Positions 51,874 through 62,679 of a stretch of 64,000 bases of DNA are shown piece after piece. The notes below the pieces were generated by a model, which was given only the letters and a program-made list of their open reading frames with translations, was not told the origin of the DNA and made no database searches. The position numbers and the translations under genes are program-made. Position 1 is the stretch's first letter. The number at the start of each line of letters is the position of its first letter. Origin of the DNA: Gammaproteobacteria bacterium (GTDB taxonomy: Bacteria; Pseudomonadota; Gammaproteobacteria; GCA-002705445; GCA-002716945); NCBI GenBank assembly GCA_038142325.1, contig JAYQJW010000002.1:352001-416000 (forward strand). Direction: 5' to 3'.

Positions 51874-52815
51874 ATGGTATCTCAGCGTAAGTTTAATGAA
51901 TTGAAAATTTCAACTAATTCAAGACTCCATTTTGGTTTTTTAAACCTTGATTCCCAACAGCCCTATTCATATGGCAGCATGGGTTTAACAATTAATAAAC
52001 ATAAAACTTTGATTCAAATTTCAAAATCTAAAAAATTTCACTCAAATTTATCAAAAATTTATACAAATAAAATTAAAGATTTCATTAAAACTATGAAATT
52101 AGATAGTAATGTCAATATCAATTGTTCAGTTAAACCGGATAGCCACGTAGGTCTTGGATCAGGGACACAATTAGCCATGGCTCTAGAGGAAGGTGTTTCG
52201 AAGTTTTATAAATTTGGGACTGTTAAGAATATTTTCTCAAGAAAATTTAGATCTGGAGTAGGATACAATGCCTATTTGAAAGGGGGATTCATAATTGACT
52301 GTCCAAAAAACAACTCTAAATCAAATGAACTTATATTTAATAGAAACTTCCCAATAAAATGGAAAATAATTTTATTATTTGATAGAAATATAAAAGGATT
52401 GTCCGGGAAAAAAGAGTCGAACTTTTTCTCATTAAAACAAAGTAGTTCCAATAGAGAAAAATTATCAGATATCGTATTAAATGAAATTATACCATCATTA
52501 ATTTATGAGGATTTTGATATTTTTGCGAATGGTTTAACAAGATTTCAAAAACTGAATTCACTATTTTACTCTTCTATTCAAAAATCTTATTTTTTGAGTA
52601 ATGATATTGGCAAAGTGATAAAGAAAATATCTTGTAAATTCAATGTTGCATCAGGCCAAAGCTCATGGGGTCCAACCTCTTATATCATTGTAAATCCTAA
52701 AACAAATTTAAATGAAATTTTATCTATTTTAGATAATACAATAAGTATGTATAATAGCTTGTCATACGACGTCGTATCAGCCGCAAATAATGGGCGAAGA
52801 ATATCTTATAAATAG
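51874..52815 (+). CDS. mptG: beta-ribofuranosylaminobenzene 5'-phosphate synthase (orf4)
   Basis: SRLHFGFL, HVGLGSGTQLA, RSGVG...GGFIID and GQSSWGPT (GHMP-like) motifs. Confidence 0.9.
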   Translation: MVSQRKFNELKISTNSRLHFGFLNLDSQQPYSYGSMGLTINKHKTLIQISKSKKFHSNLSKIYTNKIKDFIKTMKLDSNVNINCSVKPDSHVGLGSGTQLAMALEEGVSKFYKFGTVKNIFSRKFRSGVGYNAYLKGGFIIDCPKNNSKSNELIFNRNFPIKWKIILLFDRNIKGLSGKKESNFFSLKQSSSNREKLSDIVLNEIIPSLIYEDFDIFANGLTRFQKLNSLFYSSIQKSYFLSNDIGKVIKKISCKFNVASGQSSWGPTSYIIVNPKTNLNEILSILDNTISMYNSLSYDVVSAANNGRRISYK

Positions 52816-52824
52816 GAGACTTTT

Positions 52825-53715
52825 ATGGAAAAACCACATTTACTACATCTAATAACATCAGAAAAGAATGCAAGCCCGTTTGATGTGAATATGGCTTATG
52901 ATGCTGGTTGGACCAATATTACTCCCTATACAAATGTCGAACAATCGGAGATACAAGCTCTAGTGCAAGATGCGATATTTTCTAGATCAACGTCTGCGCT
53001 CACTCGAACGGGAATATTCTTTGGAGGAAGGGATACTCATGAAGCAATGGATATGATAGAAGAGGCTAAAAAACATATGGTCCCTCCTTTTGAAGTATCT
53101 GTCTTTGCTGATCCTAGCGGTGCTTTTACAACCGCAGCAGGCATGGTTGCTATTACTGAAAAACATTTAAGCGATAAATTTAATATGAAATTAGGTGATT
53201 CTAAAGTTGTCATACTAGGTGGCACTGGACCTGTTGGAGTTGCATCGGCGGTAATATGTGCAAAAGCTGGTGCCGACGTTACTTTAGTAGGACGTAGCTT
53301 AGAGAAAGCAGAGAAGATTTCATCTATTTGCAACGATCGTTATGACTCAAAAAATGTTAAGCCTGGGATGGATGCAGATAAAGGAGATTATTTCAAAAAT
53401 ACAGATATAGTATTAAATACAGGAGCTGCAGGGATTCAGCTTATGACATCAGAACATATAGAAAGCAGTGATTCATTAAAAATTTGTGCTGATACCAATG
53501 CTGTACCACCTTCTGGTATCGCAGGTGTTGATGTGATGGATAATGGTAAGGTTATTGATAACTCACCAAGTGGATGTCTGGGTATTGGAGCTTTAGCTAT
53601 TGGAAACATCAAATACAAATCACAGCATGAGTGTTTGAAATTGATGTATACATCAGAGAAACCAGTGTATCTTGATTTTGAAGATGCATTTAAGTTTGCA
53701 CAACAAAGCGTATAA
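52825..53715 (+). CDS. mtdB: NAD(P)-dependent methylene-H4MPT dehydrogenase
   Basis: SPFDVNMAYDAG, QDAIFSR, VPPFEVSVFADPSGAFTTAA, GGTGPVG and NAVPPSGI motifs. Confidence 0.95.
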   Translation: MEKPHLLHLITSEKNASPFDVNMAYDAGWTNITPYTNVEQSEIQALVQDAIFSRSTSALTRTGIFFGGRDTHEAMDMIEEAKKHMVPPFEVSVFADPSGAFTTAAGMVAITEKHLSDKFNMKLGDSKVVILGGTGPVGVASAVICAKAGADVTLVGRSLEKAEKISSICNDRYDSKNVKPGMDADKGDYFKNTDIVLNTGAAGIQLMTSEHIESSDSLKICADTNAVPPSGIAGVDVMDNGKVIDNSPSGCLGIGALAIGNIKYKSQHECLKLMYTSEKPVYLDFEDAFKFAQQSV

Positions 53716-54760
53716 AGATATTCTGCTCATTGCTAATGGCCATGAAGCCTATTTAGATGAGCTATCGCATTTAGCTGAAAATATTCATATTATAGATTCT
53801 TATGTAGATAATAAAAATTATCTTACATCACTTGGTGCACTTAAAGAATTTATATGCAAAAAAAAACTCAATAAAAAAGAAACAAAAGTAATTTATGCTT
53901 CAGGATTAGAGGGTAAAAAGCATATACAAAAATATCTTGATGATAATTTTCATATTTCTGGAAACTCATTTTCTGATTTCAGATATTTAGGCAATGCTTA
54001 CAACATTGATACGAAACTTTTCACAGATACAGTTATGATTCCTGAAAAATCTAGTGATTATAATTATAAATATATAAGCAAAGATTATGATAGTACTGGC
54101 GGATTAGGCATAGGAAATAATATTTCGTCTAACAATATTTATTACCAAAAATATATCCCTGGTGTTACATTTTCAATATCCTTTTTAGCAGACAAATCAA
54201 AAATATCTTTACTTGGTTTTAATCAAATATTTACTGTCAAAAATAATATTAAATATCCTTTCTTATATGCAGGCGCAATGAATATTGAGTTTAAAAATAG
54301 TTTAAGAAATAAAATAATTGATTGGGTTCAAGAATTTACAAGCTTTTATCAATTAAGAGGCTTTATTAGCATTGATTTTAAAATTTTCGAAAATAGGGTT
54401 TACTTAATAGATATAAATCCAAGATTATCTGGTACGTATCGAATATATAAGAATAAATATAAAAATTTAATGGCCAATCATATTATGCCGACTGAAACTA
54501 TATCACTTTATAATGAGGCTTATCATTCATATATAATACTCTATGCAAAAAGTTCTATTAAAATTAAGAAATCTATTAATGAGATTAAAAATATATCTGA
54601 TGTACCAAAGATTGGTGAAACTATTGAAAAGGACGAACCAATTCTAACTATGAATGTAAGCGCTCAAACTGAAAAAGAATTACGTGAACATATAAAAACT
54701 ACAATTAAGTGTGCGATGGAAATAATAGACTGCTATAATGTCGACTTAGATTATGAGTAA
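53684..54760 (+). CDS. orfY: ATP-grasp protein OrfY of the H4MPT/methanofuran cluster
   Basis: GGLGI, YYQKYIPG, IDINPRLSGT and SDVP..G motifs; conserved position between mtdB and mch; start uncertain. Confidence 0.8.
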   Translation: MHLSLHNKAYKDILLIANGHEAYLDELSHLAENIHIIDSYVDNKNYLTSLGALKEFICKKKLNKKETKVIYASGLEGKKHIQKYLDDNFHISGNSFSDFRYLGNAYNIDTKLFTDTVMIPEKSSDYNYKYISKDYDSTGGLGIGNNISSNNIYYQKYIPGVTFSISFLADKSKISLLGFNQIFTVKNNIKYPFLYAGAMNIEFKNSLRNKIIDWVQEFTSFYQLRGFISIDFKIFENRVYLIDINPRLSGTYRIYKNKYKNLMANHIMPTETISLYNEAYHSYIILYAKSSIKIKKSINEIKNISDVPKIGETIEKDEPILTMNVSAQTEKELREHIKTTIKCAMEIIDCYNVDLDYE

Positions 54761-55718
54761 CATCAGTGTCAATAAACAAGTTAAACCTTTAGTTGAAAAA
54801 CTAATCGAATCTCATGAAAAGCTCAATTTAGGAATATCAGAGTCAGAGGGTGGAGCAAAAATTATAGATGCAGGTATTAAACATAAGGGATGCTTAGAAG
54901 CGGGTAGATTGATCACCGAGATTTGTATGGGTGGATTAGGGTCAGTAAGCCTATCAATGACATCTGCTACTCCAAATTGGCCATTGGCAATTCATGTTCA
55001 TAGCACCGACCCTGTTTTATCCTGTCTAGGAAGTCAATATGCCGGCTGGTCACTCTCATTTGTTCAAAACGATGATAATTTCTCAGCACTTGGCTCAGGC
55101 CCATGCAGGGCACTTGCTGGTAAAGAGGATATATTTAAAGATATCAAATACGAGGATAAGTTTTTTTCAACAGTGGTCATACTAGAGGTAGACCAAAATC
55201 CACCTCAACAAATCATCGATAAAATAGTTGATGATTGCGATATTTCTGAAAAGAATCTTACAATAATTTTAACCCCAACCAGATCCTTATGTGGAACTAC
55301 TCAGGTTGTAGGTAGAGTCCTTGAGGTAGGACTTCATAAAGTGCATGAACTTGGATTTCCAATTGATAAAGTAGTTGATGGATTTGGGTCAGCTCCGTTA
55401 CCACCTCCGGCACCTGATTTTCTAATAGGAATGGGTAGAACTAATGACGCCATATTATACGGTGGACTTGTTCATCTATATGTGGATACACCAAACGATG
55501 ATGCAGAAGAGCTTGCTAAAAGATTACCTAGTTCAACATCTAATGATTATGGAAAACCCTTTGCTGATATTTTTAAAGAATATAAGTATGATTTTTATCA
55601 GATAGATAAAATGCTATTTAGTCCTGCTAAGGTTATAGTTTCGAGCTTACAAACTGGAAAATCTTATACTTCAGGAAATATCAATCTCTCTCTCATGGAT
55701 GATTCATTTAATAAATGA
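54753..55718 (+). CDS. mch: Methenyl-H4MPT cyclohydrolase
   Basis: ICMGGLG, CLGSQYAGW, LGSGPCRAL, QVVGRVLE..LHK, MGRTNDAILYGG and FYQID..LFSP motifs. Confidence 0.97.
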   Translation: MSNISVNKQVKPLVEKLIESHEKLNLGISESEGGAKIIDAGIKHKGCLEAGRLITEICMGGLGSVSLSMTSATPNWPLAIHVHSTDPVLSCLGSQYAGWSLSFVQNDDNFSALGSGPCRALAGKEDIFKDIKYEDKFFSTVVILEVDQNPPQQIIDKIVDDCDISEKNLTIILTPTRSLCGTTQVVGRVLEVGLHKVHELGFPIDKVVDGFGSAPLPPPAPDFLIGMGRTNDAILYGGLVHLYVDTPNDDAEELAKRLPSSTSNDYGKPFADIFKEYKYDFYQIDKMLFSPAKVIVSSLQTGKSYTSGNINLSLMDDSFNK

Positions 55719-56578
55719 TGCGTACACTAATCCTTACTGATAAGGAAGGATGGCATTATAATGAGCTTAAAAAGTCTTTAATCAAATTAGGACATTCTGT
55801 CTTTTCAGCATGTTTGACAAACATAAGTATTAAGCTAGATGCTATAAAAGCAAAATTATTTATCAATAATGAACCCATACCCGAAGTTGATAATGTAATC
55901 GTCAGATTTGTCCCCGGTGGGACTCTTGAAGAAATAGTATACTTTCTTAATATTTTAAAAATACTTGAATCAAAAGGGGTTAATGTTATCAACAATGCTT
56001 CATCCATCGAAAAGACTGTTGATAAGTTACATACGTCATATCTTTTAAATAAGAATAATATAAAAACACCTCTTACATATGTTTTGAGAGGTCATAATGA
56101 AGCCTATGAATTTATTAAAAATTATCACAAAGAATTAATCTATAAACCACTCTTTGGTTCACAAGGAGATGGAATTAAAATAATAAGAGAATTAGAAGAT
56201 TTAACTTCATTTAGTAACCCTTCTAATGTTTATTATTTTCAAGAATACTTAACAAATCCTATAATGCATGATTATAGAGTACTTGTAATTCGTTATGATA
56301 ATACTGTCAAATATTTCTATATGACTAGATATGGTCAGACTTTTGTTAATAACTTCTCTAAAGGAGCTAAATGCATTAAAGAAAATTTTAATAATAAAGT
56401 AATTGATTTAGCACTTGAAACATCTGAATTTCTTCAAATGAAATTTTGTGGTGTAGATATTATGAAATTTAAAGAAAATTATTATGTGATAGAGGTAAAT
56501 AGTATTCCAGCATGGAAAGGACTCCAAGAAGTTGAGGATCAAGTTATATCCGATTCTATAGTTGGATTATTTAAGTAA
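55715..56578 (+). CDS. RimK-like ATP-grasp glutamate ligase (orf5)
   Basis: GGTLEEI, IEKTVDK, KPLFGSQG and EVNSIPAWKGLQ motifs. Confidence 0.9.
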   Translation: MMRTLILTDKEGWHYNELKKSLIKLGHSVFSACLTNISIKLDAIKAKLFINNEPIPEVDNVIVRFVPGGTLEEIVYFLNILKILESKGVNVINNASSIEKTVDKLHTSYLLNKNNIKTPLTYVLRGHNEAYEFIKNYHKELIYKPLFGSQGDGIKIIRELEDLTSFSNPSNVYYFQEYLTNPIMHDYRVLVIRYDNTVKYFYMTRYGQTFVNNFSKGAKCIKENFNNKVIDLALETSEFLQMKFCGVDIMKFKENYYVIEVNSIPAWKGLQEVEDQVISDSIVGLFK

Positions 56579-56584
56579 TGTAAT

Positions 56585-57475
56585 ATGAATTTATCAAAGA
56601 AAGAAGTAATTTTTGATTCAGATAAAATAGAATCATCTTATATAAAAGCTTGCATGCTTGACATCGAATGCATTAAACCTGGAAATGTTAATCTAGTATC
56701 CGGCCATGATGATACAAATGCAAAAGATTTTATTTCTAGCTACAAAGCTACCTCAAAGACTATCACTTTGCCTGATATATCCTTAGGAGAAAGAATTGAA
56801 AGTTGTATCGTTGAAACCAAGAAAATTACTACCAAAAATACTAACCTTGGGATTATACTCTTGTGCTCACTTTTTTCACAATCACTGCTCTTAAAATCTA
56901 AAAAACTAGATGAATCAATACACGACACTGTAATGAGTTCAACTAATGATGATGTTACGCGCATATGCAAAGCCATTACTGAAGCTAATCCTGGTGGATT
57001 AGGATCTCATGATGAGTATGACGTTAACTCAAATCCAAAAGTAACGCTCTATGATCTTATGAAGGCTTCAGCAGAATATGACCAAATATCAAATCAATAT
57101 TATCTAAAATTTAGAGATATTTTCAGCTTTATAATACCTACTCTGCATAGTTCTATTGTAAGGATTAACAATACTAAATTAGCACTCTCTTATACTTTCC
57201 TTAAAATTTTAGAAAAGTACCCAGATTCTCATTTAAGACGTAAATATGGTAATAAAATAGCAAAAAAGACTAGTAATGAGGCGTCTGATTTGATAAAAAT
57301 ACTAGACGGGGATACTCGATATGAGTCATGGGGTAAAAATCTAATATCTCTTGATAAACATTTTAAAATGGCTCGGGTGAATCCAGGGACAACAGCTGAT
57401 CTATTGGTTGTATCGATGATGATATATGATTATTTCATTGGTATAGATGCCGGTAGTGAGGTGTCCGTTTATTAA
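56585..57475 (+). CDS. CitG-like triphosphoribosyl-dephospho-CoA synthase homolog (orf7)
   Basis: KPGNV, NTNLGIILL, PDSH..RKYG and NPGTTADL motifs. Confidence 0.88.
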   Translation: MNLSKKEVIFDSDKIESSYIKACMLDIECIKPGNVNLVSGHDDTNAKDFISSYKATSKTITLPDISLGERIESCIVETKKITTKNTNLGIILLCSLFSQSLLLKSKKLDESIHDTVMSSTNDDVTRICKAITEANPGGLGSHDEYDVNSNPKVTLYDLMKASAEYDQISNQYYLKFRDIFSFIIPTLHSSIVRINNTKLALSYTFLKILEKYPDSHLRRKYGNKIAKKTSNEASDLIKILDGDTRYESWGKNLISLDKHFKMARVNPGTTADLLVVSMMIYDYFIGIDAGSEVSVY

Positions 57476-57498
57476 TAAACAAAAAATAGGAGATAAAA

Positions 57499-58011
57499 AT
57501 GGCAGTAGTCGACAAAGTATTAGTTGGGGAAGCACTTGTTGTAACCGAAGGTGGGGATAACGAAATTTCACATATCGACTTATTAATGGGACCACGTGGT
57601 TCTGCAGTTGAAGATGCATTTTGTAACACATTATGTAATAACAAAGATGGTTTCACATCTTTATTAGCTGTAGTTTCACCTAACTTACCATGTAAACCTA
57701 GCACAGCTATGTTCAATAAAGTTACAATCAAAGGCGCTAAGCAAGCAGTTCAAATGTTTGGTCCAGCGCAAGCAGCGGTTGCAAGAGCTGTTACTGAATG
57801 TGTAGAAGATGGAACAATTCCAGCTGATGAGGCTGATGATATTTTCATCTGCGTAGGTGTGTTTATTCATTGGGACGCTGATGATAACAAACGTATCTAT
57901 GATTATAATTTTGAAGCAACAAAAATGGCTATTAAAAATGCTGTTAGCGGTGAGCCAAAAGCTCAAGACGTAGTTGCTAAGAAAGCTACAGAGCATCCGT
58001 TCGAAAAATAA
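57499..58011 (+). CDS. fae: Formaldehyde-activating enzyme
   Basis: [35 protein letters not shown] and VFIHW motifs; AGGAG RBS. Confidence 0.97.
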   Translation: MAVVDKVLVGEALVVTEGGDNEISHIDLLMGPRGSAVEDAFCNTLCNNKDGFTSLLAVVSPNLPCKPSTAMFNKVTIKGAKQAVQMFGPAQAAVARAVTECVEDGTIPADEADDIFICVGVFIHWDADDNKRIYDYNFEATKMAIKNAVSGEPKAQDVVAKKATEHPFEK

Positions 58012-58033
58012 TCATTTTTGATATAATGATATT

Positions 58034-58063
58034 AGAGCCAGTTAACTACTGGCTCTTTTTTTT
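58034..58063 (+). terminator. Rho-independent terminator after fae
   Basis: AGAGCCAGT-TAACT-ACTGGCTCT followed by a T-run. Confidence 0.85.
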
Positions 58064-58717
58064 ATTAAGTATTTATTTGTTTCTGTATTAAATAGAATAG
58101 ATGAAACAATCACTCCATTAACTTTCATATTACGCAGCCTAATAATATCAAAAACTGAGTTAATTCCTCCAGCAACATAATATTTTTTTTGAGCTTCTAC
58201 AGGTTCTTTTTATATGCTTGTAATCTGGACCTTTACTGGTACCTACATCTGACATATTCATTAATATAATTTTATTTTTATATTTAGAATCAAGCTTTTG
58301 AAAATATTTAAAGCCAATAATACCGTCCTTATAGTCATATGAGTAAATATGATTTTTATAAATATAATTAAAATTTTTTATTTTTTTTAAACATTCGCTG
58401 CACATTACATGAATTATATTATTTTTTTCTAATGAACTTATTTTCCTATTTCCTACATCTACCCAAAATATTATATTTTTGAATAAATTACATAGTTCAA
58501 TAATGATATTTGTATTATCTCCATCGTTATTTAGTGAATCTAGATCAGCAAGATATATTACTGATGGATGATACAATTGAACAATCTTTCTTGTAAAAAC
58601 AATAGGGTCTGATGATTGATTTAAGCTGATATGAACCGGTTGATAATATTTTCTATTCCCTCCCATAGCCCTTACAACCATTCCGCCTTTTATATCAATT
58701 GCAGGTATAATATTCAT
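58042..58717 (-). CDS. HisA/HisF-like TIM-barrel protein (orf17), frameshift ~58185
   Basis: IIPAIDIKGGMVVRA.GG.R..Y, YLADLD, WVDVG and VGT..GPD; continuing frame YYVAGGI. Confidence 0.82.
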
Positions 58718-58718
58718 A

Positions 58719-59633
58719 ATGAAAAGAATTCTTATATTTGAGTATATTACAGGCGGCGGGTTGATTGAAAATAAACTTGACCATCATCTTCTCACAGAAG
58801 CAAATATGATTCTAAGATCTCTTATTGACACAACTAAATATCAAATAAGCTTCTTTTGTGATTACCGACATAAATATGTCAACAGAAAAGAAGCTATTAT
58901 TGTTAATCAAAATAATTCGCAAATCATATATGACGCAGAATTCATAAACCAATATGATTATTTTATACCCGTATGTCCCGAGAATGATTTCATATCATAT
59001 AATTATATAAAAAAGCTATCGCCCAATATAGAAAACTTGTATTCATCAGATTTAAGAACGATATTAATTACTACTGATAAGATCAGGCTAAAGAAAATTT
59101 GTACTGAAAATAATATACTTAATCCTGATACTTATGACTCAGATGTAAAGAATACTTTATTCATCACAAAAGATAGATTCGGTTGTGGTTGTTCTGATAC
59201 TTATTTTGTAGAAAAAGGTAAATGTGAAGATTTAAATAATATTACTGAAAAGTATATTCCGGGAAATTCACATAGTGTAAATCTTCATGTATCTGAGAAC
59301 AATTATAGAGTTTTATCAATTAATAAACATAAAATGACTGTGTCTAAGGGTAGAATTCAAGTTAAATCCATACTAGTCAATTTATATCCAACTAATAAAA
59401 ATTTAATATTTAAATTTATTGATGACGTCATATCAATCCTTCCTAATCTTAGAGGTTTTGTGGGTATAGACTTTATTGAATACAAAGGAGAGTTTTTTCT
59501 TATCGAAGTAAATCCAAGATATACAACATCCATGTCAATGTTACAGAAGTGTAAGAGTACTAGTTGTCTTGATTATATTGAAGATACCATATGTGATATT
59601 GCAGGTAAAACATGTCAATTAAACCTTATATAA
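58719..59633 (+). CDS. ATP-grasp protein (orf1; MfnD tyramine-glutamate ligase-like)
   Basis: IFEYITGGG, GCGC, LRGFVGIDF and IEVNPRYTTS motifs. Confidence 0.82.
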   Translation: MKRILIFEYITGGGLIENKLDHHLLTEANMILRSLIDTTKYQISFFCDYRHKYVNRKEAIIVNQNNSQIIYDAEFINQYDYFIPVCPENDFISYNYIKKLSPNIENLYSSDLRTILITTDKIRLKKICTENNILNPDTYDSDVKNTLFITKDRFGCGCSDTYFVEKGKCEDLNNITEKYIPGNSHSVNLHVSENNYRVLSINKHKMTVSKGRIQVKSILVNLYPTNKNLIFKFIDDVISILPNLRGFVGIDFIEYKGEFFLIEVNPRYTTSMSMLQKCKSTSCLDYIEDTICDIAGKTCQLNLI

Positions 59634-60661
59634 CAAAAATAGGATGGGATATTGGTGGCGCACATATTAAATACTGTGCTGAATCAGAATCAAATAATAT
59701 TATTTGGTATGACATTATTGATTTTGACTTTTGGGTTGAACACGATGCTCTAGATGAAGTCATAACCCGAGTTACAGATCAATTTGATAATAAAAATTCT
59801 CAAATCAAAAATTATTTTACAATGTCTGCTGAGATGTGTGATTGTTTTGAAAATAGAGAAAAGGGTGTTAAATATATAATAGATAAAATAAAAAAAACAA
59901 AAATTAGCTCTAGCGTGTTCACAAAAGATGGATTCATAGATGTTAAGAAGTGTAATCTATTGAATACTAAATATATAGGATCCTTTAACTGGTTTGCATC
60001 GGCCCTTTATTTATCTAACTATTATGATAATACAATTGCTATTGATTTAGGATCTACAACATGTGACTTTATCCTATTGAAGGATGGAAAGATTTTAAAT
60101 CAAAGATTATCTGATCTCAGTGGCATTCAAAATAAAGAACTCTTATATACTGGATGTTCAAGAACTCCATTATTTTCTCTAATGAATAATATTAATTATA
60201 AAAATAGAGCATATAGTATAATCCCAGAAAATTTTTCAACAATGGCAGATGTATATATAATATTAGAAAAATTATTTCATAAGGATATTTATTCTAAATC
60301 TTCAGATGGCTTAGATTATTCTGTAATAAATTCATATAAAAGAGTATCAAGATCATTTGGTTTTGACTATGATAAAAGTAAAAAGAAACTTTTGAACTAT
60401 TTGTGCAATAAACTACATGAAAGGCAAATACATAATATTAATAGCAACTTATTATATTTAGTTGACAAATATTTTTCAGGATCGAAGTTTAAAGTCATTG
60501 GTTTAGGATTAGGAGTAAATATTATTTCAGAAATGTGCATTGCTAATGGATATAAATTTAAGAATATTAACCATATTCTAAGGACTTCTATTAATGGCGG
60601 AGAATCATTATCACACCTTTTCCCTGCTTTTGTTTTAAATAGGATAAGTGATGAAATATAA
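59612..60661 (+). CDS. Hydantoinase/oxoprolinase-family H4MPT-linked protein (orf9; MfnF-like)
   Basis: GWDIGGAHIK, TMSAEMCDCF, DLGSTTCD, ELLYTG..RTP and ENFSTMADVY motifs. Confidence 0.87.
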   Translation: MSIKPYITKIGWDIGGAHIKYCAESESNNIIWYDIIDFDFWVEHDALDEVITRVTDQFDNKNSQIKNYFTMSAEMCDCFENREKGVKYIIDKIKKTKISSSVFTKDGFIDVKKCNLLNTKYIGSFNWFASALYLSNYYDNTIAIDLGSTTCDFILLKDGKILNQRLSDLSGIQNKELLYTGCSRTPLFSLMNNINYKNRAYSIIPENFSTMADVYIILEKLFHKDIYSKSSDGLDYSVINSYKRVSRSFGFDYDKSKKKLLNYLCNKLHERQIHNINSNLLYLVDKYFSGSKFKVIGLGLGVNIISEMCIANGYKFKNINHILRTSINGGESLSHLFPAFVLNRISDEI

Positions 60662-62006
60662 ATTAATTGAACTTGATTTTAATATACCATCTCATGAAAT
60701 TTTTGAATCTATAAAAGAGAATGACTGGGCAGTTTTCTTAAACAGTAATCATGAAAAATATCCTGATCAGAGATTTGACATAATTACTTCCAATCCTATA
60801 AAGAAAATAATTTTCAAAGATGATTCTGTTTTATTAGTAGAGAATGAAAATTTTATAAAGGAGCTTGATACATGTCCATTTGATTTACTTAGAGAGATAA
60901 TGAGTAATTATAAACGTGAACCTGTTGATGACATTCCATTTTGTGGAGGTGCTATTGGACATATTGCATATGATTATGGAAAAAAACTACATCAAATTAA
61001 AAGCTTAAATAAAAGTTTGAACTTTCCTTCTTTTGCTTTTGGTATTTATGATTGGGCAGTAATTTATGATTATCATAAAAAAAAAGCTTTTATCATTTAT
61101 CATGAAAATAATGCAGTAATTAAAAATATAAGCAATTACTCTCCAAAAGAGAAAAAATTAAATAGTAAAGATTCCTTTAAAATAACTTCAAGCTGTGAAT
61201 CAAATATGAATTATGCTTTATATGAGATGAAGCTCATGAAAATACTAGAATATATTAAAGCAGGGGATTGTTATCAGGTTAATTTAGCTCAAAGATTTTC
61301 ACTGGCATATGAGGGAGATGAATATAATCTTTACCAACAGCTCAATAAAAATTTTTCATCCCCTTATTCAGTTTATTTTAACTCGCATAACGGGAAAATT
61401 TTATCATTCTCTCCAGAGAGATTTTTATCAATAAAAAATAATATCATTGAAACTAAACCCATTAAAGGGACAAGACCAAGATCTGATGATCCGATCATTG
61501 ATAAAAAGAACATTGATGATCTTAAATCATCTGAAAAAGATATGGCTGAAAACTTGATGATTGTGGATCTACTTAGGAATGATTTGAGCATTAACTGTAA
61601 AAAGGGTAGTGTAAAAGTTGATAAATTATTTGAAATTGAAACATTTGCTAATGTCCATCATCTTGTGAGTACAATAACTGGAGAAATTGATGAAAGTTCA
61701 AATATTTATAATCTGATAAGAGATGCTTTCCCAGGAGGCTCAATTACAGGTGCTCCGAAACTTCGTGCGATGGAAATTATTGAGGAACTTGAGCCTGATG
61801 AAAGATCGATATACTGTGGATCTATAGGTTATATTAGTTTTGATGAAAAAACTGATTTAAATATATCAATCAGATCTATGCTATCTATTAATAATAATTT
61901 ATATTTCTGGGGCGGAGGAGGAATTGTCTATGATTCTGACATTCGCAGTGAGTACAATGAGACAATTTCTAAAGTTAAACCACTTTTAGATGCATTTTCT
62001 GATTAA
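60648..62006 (+). CDS. pabB: Aminodeoxychorismate synthase component I
   Basis: GDCYQVNL, SPERF, TKPIKGTRPR, AENLMIVDLLRND, FPGGSITGAPK and GGGIVYDS motifs. Confidence 0.92.
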   Translation: MMKYKLIELDFNIPSHEIFESIKENDWAVFLNSNHEKYPDQRFDIITSNPIKKIIFKDDSVLLVENENFIKELDTCPFDLLREIMSNYKREPVDDIPFCGGAIGHIAYDYGKKLHQIKSLNKSLNFPSFAFGIYDWAVIYDYHKKKAFIIYHENNAVIKNISNYSPKEKKLNSKDSFKITSSCESNMNYALYEMKLMKILEYIKAGDCYQVNLAQRFSLAYEGDEYNLYQQLNKNFSSPYSVYFNSHNGKILSFSPERFLSIKNNIIETKPIKGTRPRSDDPIIDKKNIDDLKSSEKDMAENLMIVDLLRNDLSINCKKGSVKVDKLFEIETFANVHHLVSTITGEIDESSNIYNLIRDAFPGGSITGAPKLRAMEIIEELEPDERSIYCGSIGYISFDEKTDLNISIRSMLSINNNLYFWGGGGIVYDSDIRSEYNETISKVKPLLDAFSD

Positions 62007-62679
62007 CTCTCTTAATATGTTCTAAAACTTTCTCACAGTTTAGAGAATCTATTGTTGCTCTTTTAGATTGAGAACAAATAGCACCTCTTAATCCAATAAA
62101 ATTAGGACTAAAAGAAAAAACCTTTTCTAAATTTTTTGATGACAAGGAACCTGAAATTCCACACAGCTTATTATGTTGCCTACATTTTTCAGTGAAATAC
62201 TCAATAAGATGATCTGGAAGAATATCTATGGAAGACCCAGCATTTTTGTTCTCAGTATCAATCATCAGCCCGTGATAATTTAATTCGCAAATAGAATCTA
62301 TCTGACTTTCATTTGTAATATACTCTGCAAACATAACACCCACAACTTTGATTGATAATCCTGAAACTGATTTTAAAAATGCTTTATGTTCATTGATGTT
62401 ATCCACACCATAAATTCCTATTTTAATATATTTAATCCCAAGCTTATTCATCAACATCAATCTGGATATCTGCTTTTGTGAGTTTGGATGTAAATCATTT
62501 CCTGCAGTAACACTTAAGGTTTTATTTTTAAACATTTTAGAGATGCTGCCTACAACGTCATCTCCTACATATCCAAGTGCACCATCCATGACATTTTTTA
62601 TATCAATAATATCAAAATCGTATTTCGAGATAACCTTCGCCTCACTCACATCTTTTATACTGCCAAGAATCTTAATCAT
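61975..62679 (-). CDS. (5-formylfuran-3-yl)methyl phosphate synthase (MfnB/orf22, DUF556)
   Basis: LGSI...EA, DIIDIKN..DGALG, MIDT..K, GISGSL and GLRGAIC motifs. Confidence 0.85.
   Translation of the reverse strand: MIKILGSIKDVSEAKVISKYDFDIIDIKNVMDGALGYVGDDVVGSISKMFKNKTLSVTAGNDLHPNSQKQISRLMLMNKLGIKYIKIGIYGVDNINEHKAFLKSVSGLSIKVVGVMFAEYITNESQIDSICELNYHGLMIDTENKNAGSSIDILPDHLIEYFTEKCRQHNKLCGISGSLSSKNLEKVFSFSPNFIGLRGAICSQSKRATIDSLNCEKVLEHIKRVNQKMHLKVV

Noticed and set aside
2913-58717. Programmed frameshifting or mass pseudogenisation in split genes
   Set aside because: Breaks are mostly single-base changes at homopolymers, include a compensating pair, and hit genes whose residues are otherwise well conserved; sequencing error is more parsimonious
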